From: Haliotis cracherodii
Lineage: Eukaryota
DNA: 64,000 nt
Assembly (NCBI RefSeq): GCF_022045235.1
Contig: NW_027266267.1
Location: 18,352,001-18,416,000 of the forward strand
Direction of reading: 5' to 3'
The notes beneath the pieces are model-generated. The model worked only from the letters and a program-made list of their open reading frames with translations. It searched no databases and was not told the origin of the DNA. The first letter of the stretch is position 1, and the number at the start of each line of letters is the position of its first letter. Below, one piece after another: positions 1 through 12,864 of the stretch. The translations under genes were made by a program, and so were the position numbers.

Positions 1-770
1 GATGCATGCTCTCTACTGTCATATGGTAATGGAAGAACACTTCGGGAGATCTGGTGATGCATGATCTCTACTGTCATATGGTAATGGAAGAACACTTCGA
101 GAGATCTGGTGATGCATGATCTCTACTGTCATATGGTAATGGAAGATCACCTCGGGAGATCTGATGATGCGTGCTCTTTAGTGTCATATGGTAATGGAAG
201 AACACTTAGGGAGATCTGATGATGCATGCTCTCTACTGTCATATGGAGATGGAAGAACACCTCGGGAGATCTGATGATGCACAATCTCTACTATCATATG
301 GTAACTGAAGAACACTTTGGGAGATCTGATGATGCATGCTCTCTATTGTACATATGGTAACAGAAAAACACTTCGGGAGATCTGATGATGCATGATCTCT
401 ACTACCATATGGTAACAGAAGAACACTTCGGGAGATCTGATGATGCCTGCTCTCTACTGTCATATGGTAATGGAAGAACACTTCGGGAGATCTGATGATG
501 CATGCTCTCTATTGTACATATGGTAACAGAAGAACACTTCGGGAGATCTGATGATGCATGCTCTCTACTATCATATGGTAACGGAAGAACACTTCGAGAG
601 ATCTGATGATGCATGCTCTCTACTGTCACATTGTTATGGAAGAACACTTCGGGAGATCTGATGATGCATACTCTCTGCTGTCCATATGGTAATGGAAAGT
701 CTTTAACGTATATATGGTAATGGAAAATATCTTCTGAACATTTGGCAAAGGGAGATCTCAACTGTCCATA
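1..770. repeat. Minisatellite, 55-56 bp unit (gatgcatgctctctactgtcatatggtaatggaagaacacttcgggagatctgat), runs off window start
   Basis: Unit period read directly (gatgc at 1 and 56); decays into ~28-30 bp degenerate units to ~1100. Confidence 0.95.
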
Positions 771-1104
771 TGGTAAAGAAAAATCGCTACTGTAATGATA
801 ATCAATGAAGATTTCTACTGTACGTAAGTCAGTGAAAGATTTCTACTCTACATAAGGTAGTGGAATATCTCTACTGTACAAATAGTAATTGAATATATCT
901 ACTGTACTGATGGCAATGGAAGATTTCTACTGTACAGGTCGTATTGGAATATTTCTACTGTACAGATAGCAGTGGAAGATATCTACTGTACTGATAGTCA
1001 TGGAAGATTTCTACCTACGTAATGCATCAGGAGATGTCTACTGTAGGCAGTGGAAGACATCTCCACTACATGTAGTAATGGAATATGTCCACTTTACATA
1101 TGAA

Positions 1105-3445
1105 AATGTATGTTATTACCCATATTGGCTCAAATATGCAGTGAAATAACTTTTTTTATATTTGCACAGTGTGCAATTAGTGATTCTCGAAGCTGATTGG
1201 TCAGTTGAACAAAGATGAATTTTCATTGGACATGGAACTATTTTTTTTTCATTCCATTCATTCACAAATCCATGCCTTTCCCTACAGATGTTTTACTTGC
1301 TACAATCTCACTGATTCGAGTGAGTGAGTGAGTGAGTGAGTTTGGTTTAGCGCCGCTTTGAACAGCTTAATGTGGGAGGAAAGCCCGAAGTGATGCAGGT
1401 CTCAGACGTTTACCACTTCGGTGAAACCCACGAGCAAGGGTATGGTGCTGACAAACCTAGAAACATAATCGGGGCGAACCGAGATTCGAACCCACAATCA
1501 TAGGTTTCTGGCGTGCCCAAGGGACGCAACTCTGCACAGCGAATGGCGGCGCCTTAGACGACTGGGCCACCCGTGCCCCCCTCACTGATTCGAGATCTTT
1601 AAGACAAGAAACACACTTTCATATCAACAACATGATATCACATTATTATTTTTTCATTTATGTCACATGATTATCATTTTACAGTAAAAAACAAAACTAC
1701 GTCCGCGTTTGTAAACAAACATGGGTGGCCATTTATTTGACACCTGACATTTGAACGGAAATCTGACTGACATGAAGAGTTATTCGTATAATTCAACCTC
1801 TGAACACATTTAATGTCTTTGTTGTCAAAACTGCATATGGCCAGATTGAACATTCAGATTGTGATGTTTCTGGTGCGCCAAGATCAACACCACCACGTCC
1901 GGGTTTGCGTCTGTTTGACGAATCTTTCGACCACCCGAAACCAAAAACCGGACTTTGTACAGACCGGTTTGCGTTTGTGAACGATGATGACGTCGTCAAC
2001 TGCCAATGAAAATGAAAACACAATGAAAAAAAACTACACTTGACAAGTTGACATGAACTTAGTGCACAAATTTATACTGGTAAGAAAAACACGAAAAAAA
2101 AGTGTGACTACTCACACTTTCAACGATGGCATGAGAATAAAAACAAATTCATTTTGCAACAACATTTAGACTTTCCGAAAGACAACATAAAGATACGCCA
2201 TTTCGTAGAATTTTGTAACGTTGTGTGAAGAAATAAGAACGTGACACTTTTTTAATACAATGTATACGTTTTTGTAACTGCGACGTCAGCACAGTACGGC
2301 GCTGAGCGGTATGCAGGCGGACTGACGTCCGGGCACCATAAGACTATGAGGGCTGATGACACAGGAAAGGTGCAACTAAACATTATTCCTTGCAAATTTA
2401 TCATTTCGGCATGCACATCAGACGATTCAGAATTCGAAATACCTACTTTGAAGGAGATCAAGGATAGCATAGAATGTTACCTTAGTGACCAGATTACCAA
2501 CATCTGGTTGCGAAATCGATGTACTTTGCTGAACTCGGAGAGGTTTTGAAATCAAAACAAAAATAATTAAAAATACAAGGAAAAGAAAATTTACCCCAGC
2601 GAGCTGATCCTGTGTCCGATATTGAACTAAATGAACTCCGTGAATGCGGACAGCTTGGCAGCAAGTCTCAAGACACCGTGTTAGTCTATCAACAGGTATT
2701 CGACAATCATGAATCACATCAAAATATCAACAAACTCCCGTCATTTGATTCCACTCCACAAGCATGTTTGACAAGTCCTCCTAAAATCCCACATGCACAT
2801 GTTTCCCATCAGTGACACTTGTCTCAAATCACACACGATGTTCATAAAACTTGTTGTCCGGATTAAACTGTAACGCCGGTTCTCTTGTCATTCCTGGTTT
2901 CGGCTGATTCATATATCGGGTCATTGACTCCGACACTGTGACAGCAATCGTACTTTTCAAAGTTTACCTTCTTTTCGTAACTGTTCTCTAACAGACAAGA
3001 CTTCTGTACATTCCGTCCATGTTGTTTTTATAACTTTTGGAATTTTTAAATGACAAAAATTTGACAGGTTTTCTGGGTTTCCTCTTCTCAATGTAAAAAT
3101 GCATGCCTCTGCCGATGTACGGCGGGCCTGTGTGTCAGTTACGAGATCTTGTCAAAACAAACCTTGATTAAAAAAAACTGATGAACCTTTTTGGAAACTT
3201 GTCTTCTTTATCAATGCTAGATAGTGTACGCTGTGTAAATCGGACAGAAATATAACTGCGATAATGTGATCTTTACCATTTTTAACAGAACCATATTGTG
3301 TTTTTTTCACACGCGGATTGATACAAAACAGCTGATTCTTGATTGGCGACAATCATTTTACGCTGAAGCTCGGAACTTAAAACATTAATTTCACTCGTGA
3401 CATAGTTTCCGTAATCAGTCGTACCTCGTGGGTTATTCTATAAAT
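1105..3445 (+). mobile_element. Decayed Crypton-like (tyrosine-recombinase, ZMYM/KCTD1/DUF3504-related) element; boundaries approximate
   Basis: Fragmented peptides DRFAFVNDDDV (~1962-1994), KNTKKK..FQRW (~2085-2140) and LNIIPCKFIISACTSDDSEFEIPTLKEIKDSIECYL (2346-2549) resemble the N-terminal region of Crypton-derived proteins (by eye). It interrupts a tandem-repeat tract that resumes at ~3450. Confidence 0.55.
1321..1580 (-). mobile_element. tRNA(Leu/Ser)-like-headed SINE (family L)
   Basis: 14-bp TSD ctcactgattcgag at 1307-1320 and 1581-1594; A-box GGTGGCCCAGTCGTCTAAGGCG, B-box GGTTCGAATC; (CTCA)n tail. Confidence 0.9.
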
Positions 3446-3546
3446 CTGTACTGTACATAATTATGGTAATGGCATATCACCACTGCACTGAAGGCAATGG
3501 GCGATCGCTATTGTAATAATATAATGTAAGATGTCAACTGTTAATG

Positions 3547-5145
3547 TGGTAATGGAGGACCTCTACTGTGCATATTGTAATGGAGGACCTCTACTGTACA
3601 CATTGTAATGGAATACCTCTACTGTATATGTTGTAATGGAGGACCTCTACTGTACATATTGTAATGGAGGACGTCTTCTGTACATATTGTAATGGGGGAC
3701 CTCTACTGTACATATTGTAATGGAGGACCTCTTGTGTACATATTGCAATGGAGGACCTCTACTGTAAATATTGCAATGGAGGACCTCTACTGTACATATT
3801 GTAATGGAGGACCTCTACTGTACAAATTGTAATGGAGGACCTCTTGTGTACATATTGTAATGGAGGACCTCTACTGTACATATTGTAATGGAGGACCTCT
3901 ACTGTACGTATTGTAATGGAGGACCATTACTATACATATTGTAATGGAGGACCTCTACTGTACATATTGTAATGGAGGACCTCTACTGTACATATTGTAA
4001 TGGAGGACCTCTACTGTGCATATTGTAATGGAGGACCTCTACTGTACACATTGTAATGGAATACCTCTACTGTATATGTTGTAATGGAGGACCTCTACTG
4101 TACATATTGTAATGGAGGACGTCTTCTGTACATATTGTAATGGGGGACCTCTACTGTACATATTGTAATGGAGGACCTCTTGTGTACATATTGCAATGGA
4201 GGACCTCTACTGTAAATATTGCAATGGAGGACCTCTACTGTACATATTGTAATGGAGGACCTCTACTGTACATATTGTAATGGAGGACCTCTTGTGTACA
4301 TATTGTAATGGAGGACCTCTACTGTACATATTGTAATGGAGGACCTCTACTGTACGTATTGTAATGGAGGACCACTACTATACATATTGTAATGGAGGAC
4401 CTCTACTGTACATATTGTAATGGAGGACCTCTACTGTACATATTGTAATGGAGGACCTCTACTGTGCATATTGTAATGGAGGACCTCTACTGTACACATT
4501 GTAATGGAATACCTCTACTGTATATTTTGTAATGGAGGACCTCTACTGTACATATTGTAATGGAGGACGTCTTCTGTACATATTGTAATGGAGGACCTCT
4601 ACTGTACATATTGTAATGGAGGACCTCTTGTGTACATATTGCAATGGAGGACCTCTACTGTAAATATTGCAATGGAGGACCTCTACTGTACATATTGTAA
4701 TGGAGGACCTCTACTGTACATATTGTAATGGAGGACCTCTACTGTACATATTGTAATGGAGGACCTCTACTGTACGTATTGTAATGGAGGACCACTACTA
4801 TACATATTGTAATGGAGGACCTCTACTGTACATATTGTAATGGAGGACCTCTACTGTACATATTGTAATGGAGGACCTCTACTCTACATATTTTAATGGA
4901 GGACCTCTACTGTACGTATTGTAATGGAGGACCTCTACTATACATATTGTAATGGAGGACCTCTACTCTACATATTGTAATGGAGGACCTCTACTGTACA
5001 TATTGTAATGGAGGACATCTAGTGTACATATTGTAATGGAGGACCTCTACTATACATATTGTAATGGAGGACCTCTACTGTGCATATTGTAATGGAGGAC
5101 TTCTAGTGTACATATTGTAATGGAGGACCCCTACTGTACATATTT
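3547..5145. repeat. Minisatellite, 28 bp unit (gtaatggaggacctctactgtacatatt), ~57 copies with a 448-bp (16-mer) higher-order period
   Basis: Variant gaatacctc recurs at 3611, 4059, 4507. Confidence 0.97.
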
Positions 5146-6267
5146 TAATCAAACTTTTTAAAAATAATTATCAACATAATTAATACCCAGTGAATATATA
5201 TTAAACAACTACTTTTTCAAAACATTATTCATTAATCTTATTTCCCGTCCATGCATTCTTGAAATCCTGCGTCTGTGTTTTGAAAAGGTAGTCATAACAT
5301 CCTTTGTTATAGCAACAAAACGAAAACATGAAGACTTTATTTAGGACTTTACGAAAAGCACCCCAAAAATAGAGGACTATCATATATTTTCGTGTTATGA
5401 TAGGACATATTATTATCATTATTTATATTAAATTTCATAATGATTTTGTCACTAAATAATTTATTTCTTCGTATTTCTATATTTTCCATTAAAACATGAG
5501 TAGGTATTTTTCTAGTTGCAGTACAAAACAGTTCCTAAATCACGACAGTATTAATACCGACAAAATATATGCCATCATTCTAGTAATCGTTTCCTTCAAA
5601 TAATATTTGGACCTTTCTTGAAACTGTGCAATGTGCGATGGAGGGGGCACGTGTTGTATGTCGTTACTGGTTCCACTTATTGTATGCGCAGCAAGCTATG
5701 CACGTTTGCAGACAACTGTAGACAAGAGTCGATTTTAAGATATTCGTACCTCCACCGTTGAAGATTTCGATCTTAACTAGGATCGCGATCTTAACTCCAA
5801 GCCGTTTTCAATCGCGCTAAGATCGGTTTGTGCAAGTTAAATAGGACAATTGTGTGGTGATTGTAATGTAGCCAACTAAGATCGTTCTGTGCAAGGGGGT
5901 CCTGCTCTCGTTCAATTACAATCTGTCACACCACGCGTGAATGAACAGTTCTGCATGCGTTGATGTGGGCAAGTACCTAGCCTGTATATCTATTTTCATA
6001 AATACATATGTTACAGGTTTATGAAAGATGAATTAGTGCCTTGATATATTCAACATAAACGAATCTTGTATTTTTCCTCCATCCTGATGTGCATCATCGT
6101 TTAATGTGCCATTCAAAGACGCCGCCCAATAGACACAGTGTCGTCGGTTTCGCCTGAACTACCATCCAATCCTGTCAGTAACAGTTATGAAATCAGTACA
6201 CAAACAACTGTCATCCGGTGTCAGTGTGGAAGTAGTTTGTATGGTTTACTCTCACTTCGCCAGCAGG

Positions 6268-7220
6268 GTGGGGAGATTAACTTGTACGGTCCAGTGACTT
6301 GCCAGCTATAGCCTGTTCTGATTATCTGAGCTACTTGATGACTTAGCTGTGATCCACTGTGAGCCAAACTTAACCAATGAAGTAAACTGTGTTCAGCTTA
6401 ACATATATGGCTAAATTATTTGATGTGAACATAAATCACTGATTACTATACTATTCCAAACAGACAAATTTAGTGAGTTTAAAATTACGGGTATATACAC
6501 TGTATATATACATGTATGGAGGTGCCATTTGAGAATTTATTGCAAAATGGCAAATGCACAGGTAAACGTTAAGTTCATCCCTAATTCGCGAGGTGGACAG
6601 AGTTTAGTGTATGGTGGACATAAGTTCAAGACAAGAAGACGAGACACAGTGCACTGGAGGTGTTGTAAGGCTGGATGTCCTGCAACCATCAACACTGCCA
6701 ATAATCTCATCACCACCTACAGGAACATCCATAACCATCTTCCCGATGAAGTCAAGTTGAAAGTCAACGTCTTCCTTGCCTCCATGATAGATACAGTTCA
6801 AGTTGACTCTAGGCCGGTGCCTAGTATCTATCAAGAAGAGCTGAACAGTAGCTGTAACAAATGACAATTTCAGTAATTTTCAGTTTCTACTGTAACCATC
6901 TGGTGATATCTTTGTATTTTGTTTGTGTTGTAGCTTCCATTAAATCAATCATTAATTAATACTTTTATTTGTAGAGCTGAGATGTTCCGAGGTCGGACTC
7001 TAAGTGATTTTGCTGTAGCCAGACATAAATTTTGCAAGCTATATTGTATTATATTGTCTTGAACATTTGTACATCTTTACATAAATGTAATTTTTAATTA
7101 TTAATTAAAAAAAACTATACTACTACATACATTTTTTGTGTGTTATATCTACCTAGACAGGCTGTAGTCTGGCTAAAGTCAATCTGTGAAAGTGAAACCG
7201 TCTATAGTGTTAATCCCCAC
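6268..7220 (+). mobile_element. Non-autonomous MULE-like element carrying a FLYWCH zinc-finger ORF
   Basis: Degenerate inverted ends (gtggggagattaac...tgacttgccagctatagcctg vs caggctgtagtctggctaaagtca...gttaatccccac). Confidence 0.55.
6547..6864 (+). pseudogene. FLYWCH-type zinc finger, truncated transposase N-terminus
   Basis: F..SRGG..LVYGGHKF...HWRCCKAGCPATI...HNH matches the FLYWCH pattern; no DDE domain follows. Confidence 0.75.
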
Positions 7221-9802
7221 TGTTGTAGGGATTATCACGGGCTACTGATTTTTGAACTAGAATAATAGCTGCGGGCAAAGTGAGAACACCCCGTTTGTAT
7301 TACGTCCGCCACCGCACAAAAATCAGTAGCAATCAAAAAGGCCTTTGCCTTACAAATAACCAAGTGACGCACGTAACAACGGCTGTCAATCTTGCTGCTA
7401 CAGCTACCATACCAGCATCCTTGTCACAACTGGCGCATAACTGGAATTTTCAAAATATTAATTTAAAACTTCGTTAACAGACTGACGTATATCGAATACA
7501 GTCCTTTTATTTGATAAAAAATACAGTAAGTAAGTTAACTGAAAAAATGAACTGGATGTGAAATTCCTTATATCAGCTAACGGACCTGTTTGAGAAAATA
7601 TAGACATAAATTGGTATAGGGAAAAAAGTGAAAACAAATTGAAATAGATTTGAATAAGACATTATTGTACTAAACAACTTGCAAAAGCGGTGCCCCAAAT
7701 TGTTGTATACAAACGAATAGCACGTAATTGTCATGCTATACGAATGCTTCTATATACAAATTCAGATATACCACCGGTATGAAGATGAGAACTGATATAC
7801 CAAATATAACCTGCATTCACACACGGAAGCAATATATGCCCTCTCCTCTCCTAAAAAATATCACTAAAGTATTTACATTGTAATCAATATAGTAATGAAT
7901 AAAACGTAGTAATTTGGTGTGTCTCCGATAGATATGATTTTCAGGTGGCAAGTTAAATTTAGTCTGAATCTGTTCAATTTACCCGTAAAGTAAACCCTAG
8001 TCGCCAACCTAACTTATGTATGAAAGATGCAGAAATCAAAGATGTTCAAAGTCATAAGCGCCTTGGTATTACTTGACAAAGCAATTGTACATGTAAAATG
8101 CACATTGATGATATTGCGAGGAAATGTTGAGCAAATCTAAACATTAGATTCTATTCAAAACTTCATATTAAAAACTGTAAGATTTTCAATTAAACGAATT
8201 GTTTAACATTAACTGCAAATATATTTATATTGTATACACATCTAGCTTGGCATGTAAAATTCATTTGTTACGTCTAACCTTCATTGACGTGTTTCATGTC
8301 TCATGTCTTCTGTGTAATGGAGTGGTATTGACATAAGCGCTTCGCTCGTTTACCAATTCATTTTCACATCTTTGTGAAAATAGATATGTTTAAACGATAT
8401 GATTTTCATTTATTGACAGCTTTGATTGACAGGGATTACGTACATGTAGTAGCTTTCTCTAATGCAATAATAATTAGAAATTTCAAATGTCACGTGATAG
8501 CACTAGTGCTGTTGCTAAAATATAGCAGTTTCTCTTATCGGGTATAAATAGTTGATTCGTCTATTCACGCAGTCATTTTTACTTGATCGTATGATTTCCA
8601 CGAAACTTTCCGGCAGAGAGTTTTTTTGTATTTTATTATATACATGTATTGTTAATTGTAGAAGATTATTACAACACTGTCTCAGAACGCAGAATCGATA
8701 TCATTGCTTTCGGCTTCCTCAATCGGCTTGAAACATAATTCCCATTTGTCAGTTCGACACCGCATATAATAAAAGAATTATTTCGAGATTTCGTTAGAAT
8801 GTGAGATATTCAGCCAGACAGTATGCAATGAAAGACGAATCAGTTTTTTTTCATAAAATGTGTACCTGTATATCGCACACTTAGTGTCACTTAATTGCCC
8901 AGTGTGATTGTTAGAACGGACATGGAACGCAAAATCCACTTAAAAGGGTAGGCCGTTAACATTTTACGACAATACACAAGGCCAAAGATGCGGTAGGCGG
9001 GATCTTCCGCCCTGTGGCCTCGTCTTTCTAAGTCATAGGCCTGCACATGGGCCAAACCTTTTCGCCCATGTGCGAAATATTTTAATAACGCCACAAATTA
9101 GTTGAATTAAGTTAAAATGAGTTGTATCATGTGTCATGATGCTTGTAGACAAGGCTTTATGTATTTGCAAAAGAAAAACATAAGTTTTGAGCAAAGGAAA
9201 ATATTTTTGCCCATGGGCGAAACAGTATAAATTTTGAGTTTTCAAAGCTTTTTTCACATTTTCTCTTCCTTTTTATGTACACGTGAGAATAGCATGTTCA
9301 ATTTTGTAAATACCTTTGACAGAGACAGGTCATAGCATGGATAGTTTCTGGACAAATGGGTTTCCCGAATTAAAATACGACGTGTTTACTGTAATTACTT
9401 AGCCTCACGATGATTAAGATAAATACGCACTAAGGGCAATCAAATACCGACACACACCTACCTGCCTCAGACAGCCCTGCTCGCTCACTGGAGCCAGTTC
9501 TCATATCATCTCTCCAAACACCTCCTGTGTTATTATTAATGTGCAGGTGACATTAAAACAACTGCATCGGAAGCAAAGCTTTGGAGCACAGTATAAAATA
9601 TTTACACGTATACATGTAGCGTTACTCATTATCAGCGATATTGCTGAGTGAGAGAGTTTTTGAGTTTGTGGATATGATATGATCTCGGTTATACCAAGTT
9701 GTGTCAGTCTGACGTGGATGGAAACAACTTGCAGATCTACCATCTCTTCATTTTATATTGAAAAACATACGGATCTGTTTACGAAGTAATCTGTACACTA
9801 AA

Positions 9803-11290
9803 AATCTAATAGAAATAAAGGTTACATGAGAAAGATAGGACGCCGAGGCAGCCCCAGGAGATAACATATATACATATATACATGTACATATATATATTTT
9901 TAATCATTACGGTCTCTATACATCTTCAAACGAGTTTACAGGTCACCACGGTTGAGATACAGCATCGGCATTGTGAACTGGATGGTCGATATATGGGAAG
10001 ATATGTTATCTTCTGGGGCTGCCTCGGCGTCCTGTCCTTTATTTCTATTAGATATTTATATAGGCCCCTGACAAATGACTATGGAATGCATGCCAATTCA
10101 TTGTACAAGCGAATCCAAAAAGAAAACCACATACATAAAATACATGACACATGAAGCAATGGAATACAGGAGGTGCTAAAGGGTGGCTCGAAGGTAACAA
10201 CACGGTTGAGTGGCTTCCAAAAATGGAGAAAGTGACCTCGTGCGAGGCTGATGGGTTAATAAATGTAAACACTGTGACGTCAGGTCCGGCTTACACGGCA
10301 TGCATGCCCAGACTGTTTGGAAGTACCTTGTGGGGAGTAATTACTGTAACATGATCCAGACGGAATGAAACAAATTATATGACGGTGTTTTTTTAGAAAT
10401 AATGTTGAATATAAAAGAAATGTGTTGACCGACCTGTAATTGGTAGATTAAATATGAACGAGTATGTACTGTTGTTGTTGCACAAACTAAAATATTTAAT
10501 TACCATTTTGTGCCACAAACAACATGAAATGTAGTACATGAAATGAAGTTATATTACATACAAATATTTACATACAAACATTTCGCATAATGTGGGGGCT
10601 GCCTCGGTTGCCTATGTGAGACCCTGGAGTCAAGGTAACTCGGGTTGACAACCTGGAGTCGAGGTGACCCGCGTAATATGACTGAATGTCCTGGAGTCTT
10701 AGGGACCCGGACTTGTGTTGATGTGGGAGGGACATGCCAGTCCTGGGGTCCGATGACCCGGAGGATCCCTAGAGATAAGCTGGTCCTGGGTCGTGCTGAC
10801 CAGACGGTACCGAAATAGCGTAATGTTCTTTGGAGCCACAAGCCTCCCATGCGACACATAGCCTTGTGGGCTTGTACTAACGTAGCTTCGGACGTTCTGA
10901 TAACTTGGCATAACAGTCCGAAGTTCACCTGCCCATAGTCTTAATGAGGTGATCCTCGATGTGAGCAGTGGCTGCCGTAGTAGCTGCTCCTATCCGGAAT
11001 GAGTGTCCCGAGTAGTCTGCAGAGTTATAGCGAGCTAGTGTGAGGACCCTATCTAACCATGACAAGAACACAGTCCTGGATATTGGTATATAGTCCCGGC
11101 TGATCCTGGTTTGCAGCCCTGCACTGCGTTCTTATGGAAAACAGTCTTGACAAGGCCGAGTAGGGACATGTCATGGTGTCAGTAGCGAATAAAGCAATGC
11201 GAACCCCTTGCCGGAAGGGATCAGTCTTTGACGCTTTTAAGGTTATAGCACATGTTCTTTTAAGATGTCCAAAATTAATGTCACGTTAAT
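9803..11290 (-). mobile_element. DIRS/Ngaro-type retrotransposon 3' remnant
   Basis: Tyrosine-recombinase relic plus repeated terminal-type motif gaggcagcccc at 9845 (+), 10015 and 10595 (both as reverse complement); extent approximate. Confidence 0.65.
10890..11260 (-). pseudogene. Tyrosine recombinase C-terminal fragment (DIRS/Ngaro)
   Basis: Hand translation: LKASKTDPFRQGVRIALFAT..CP ... GHSFRIGAATTAA..IEDHLIKTMGR*TSDCY; TGA replaces the conserved Trp. Confidence 0.85.
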
Positions 11291-11756
11291 GTTATGTTCC
11301 TATTGGAATCAAAGTTGGCCAAACATGTGCATTCTCCGCATTGCAGGAATCCGAAGAACGCCGTGAGACACATACATTCCATCACCAAGTCGTTGATAGG
11401 ACTGAACACTCAAGCCCTGAGCCGCTTGACGATGGTACTTAGCACATGGTAAGTGACTGGGAGTCTCTTCCTCCGATCTGTTGTGTGGGCACATTTGTAG
11501 CCCCTTAGTAGGGTTTAAATCCTATTCAGGGCACCGGTTGAGACATCGTCAAACAGTGTCCTGATGCCCGCTTGCAGATAAGTGAATCGGATTCCTGCCA
11601 GATAAGTGAATCGGATTCCTGCCAGATAAGTCTTCACGGTGTCATGTGAGAGTTTGAGGAAGCCGAAACAATGGTGAGTGCTGGGTCACGCTAATAGCGT
11701 TTTGGCCCCGTGGTAGAATTTGAATTTGAAATAGAAAACCAACACAATCTCAAATT

Positions 11757-12856
11757 TTGTTATCAATCAAATCACTGTCAAATGTTCCTGTTGAGGTTTC
11801 TCCTCACAGGACTTTGAATAGCAGTAAAGGCTTTGTCCCTGACATTGGACGTTGCCTTTCAGATATGACTGAGACTGACATTGGACGTTGCCTTTCAGAT
11901 ATGGCTGAGACTGAGACTGACATTGGGACAGAGCTGCACCCACAAGGAGTTACTGCTGTTAAACGCTTCACAGCTAAAAAGATCAACGAAGTCATTAAAA
12001 CAAATACCTATCTCTTCACATTTAGTCTTCCCGTGCACCCAGAATCACTTAAAGCTGGTTACTGCAGCTTAAGGGTGGATACATTTATATCAAATGCTTA
12101 TGGTGCAAAAAATATGGCCACGGATCAAAGTCATGCCATGTACCAGCTGCATGCCATCGGTGTGCTGGAACATGTGAGGACAGTAACCTATGTGATAAAC
12201 CTCCTCTCTGTGTCAACTGTTCTGGCAACCACCCATCTTCTTCAAAGGAATGCCCAACATGGAGACCGCAATCCAAAATTTCGAGAGTTAAGCATGAACA
12301 AAACATCTCCTTTTTCGCGGCAAAGAAGGTTGTTCTTGCTCAGGATCAACCAGGACCATCTTTTGCTTCTGCTGTCTCTGCTTCTCTGCAGTCATCAAAG
12401 ACCAAACATGTTTCATGTCATTCTGTTGGTTACCAGACCGACTACATGTGGGCTATGACATCTGCCCCTGCCTTGCTGTCTACAGCAGCCCTCTTGATGA
12501 GGCCCCCGCAAGAAACCTCCAGCTCTCAAACAGCCTCAACATCTCAAACACTTACTCAATCACAGACATCTAATTCGTCTCTATCTCAGAAACAATCACC
12601 CAAATTAGCTCAAGCACTCAAATCAGAAACTAATGTGAAACAAACTGCAAAAAGCAAAAGCAAACCTAGACCAGAACCATCACAAAAATCTCCAAGCAGC
12701 AGACCCACAAAACCGGACTACCAGATCTAACTGTTCAATAAGTTTGGATCCTTAGAAGACATGAATGTGTCCGATAACAGCCATTATCGGACACATAGCT
12801 TGTCACTCTCAAGAAAGGTGAGGGGTAGATCCCCAGTTAATCCTCCGAAAAGATAG
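11757..12856 (+). pseudogene. LINE ORF1 nucleic-acid-binding protein, frameshifted
   Basis: VEVSPHRTLNSSKG...QGVTAVKRF...YLFTF...LKAGY, then in the next frame CLWCKKYGH..SC, CHRC and CVNCSGNH....KECP; S/T/K-rich tail. Confidence 0.8.
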
Positions 12857-12864
12857 TTTCTTCA

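Noticed and set aside
3547-5145. CRISPR array interpretation of the 28-, 29-, 42- and 48-bp repeats
   Set aside because: Units are head-to-tail with no unique spacers, there are no cas genes, and the context is spliced eukaryotic DNA.
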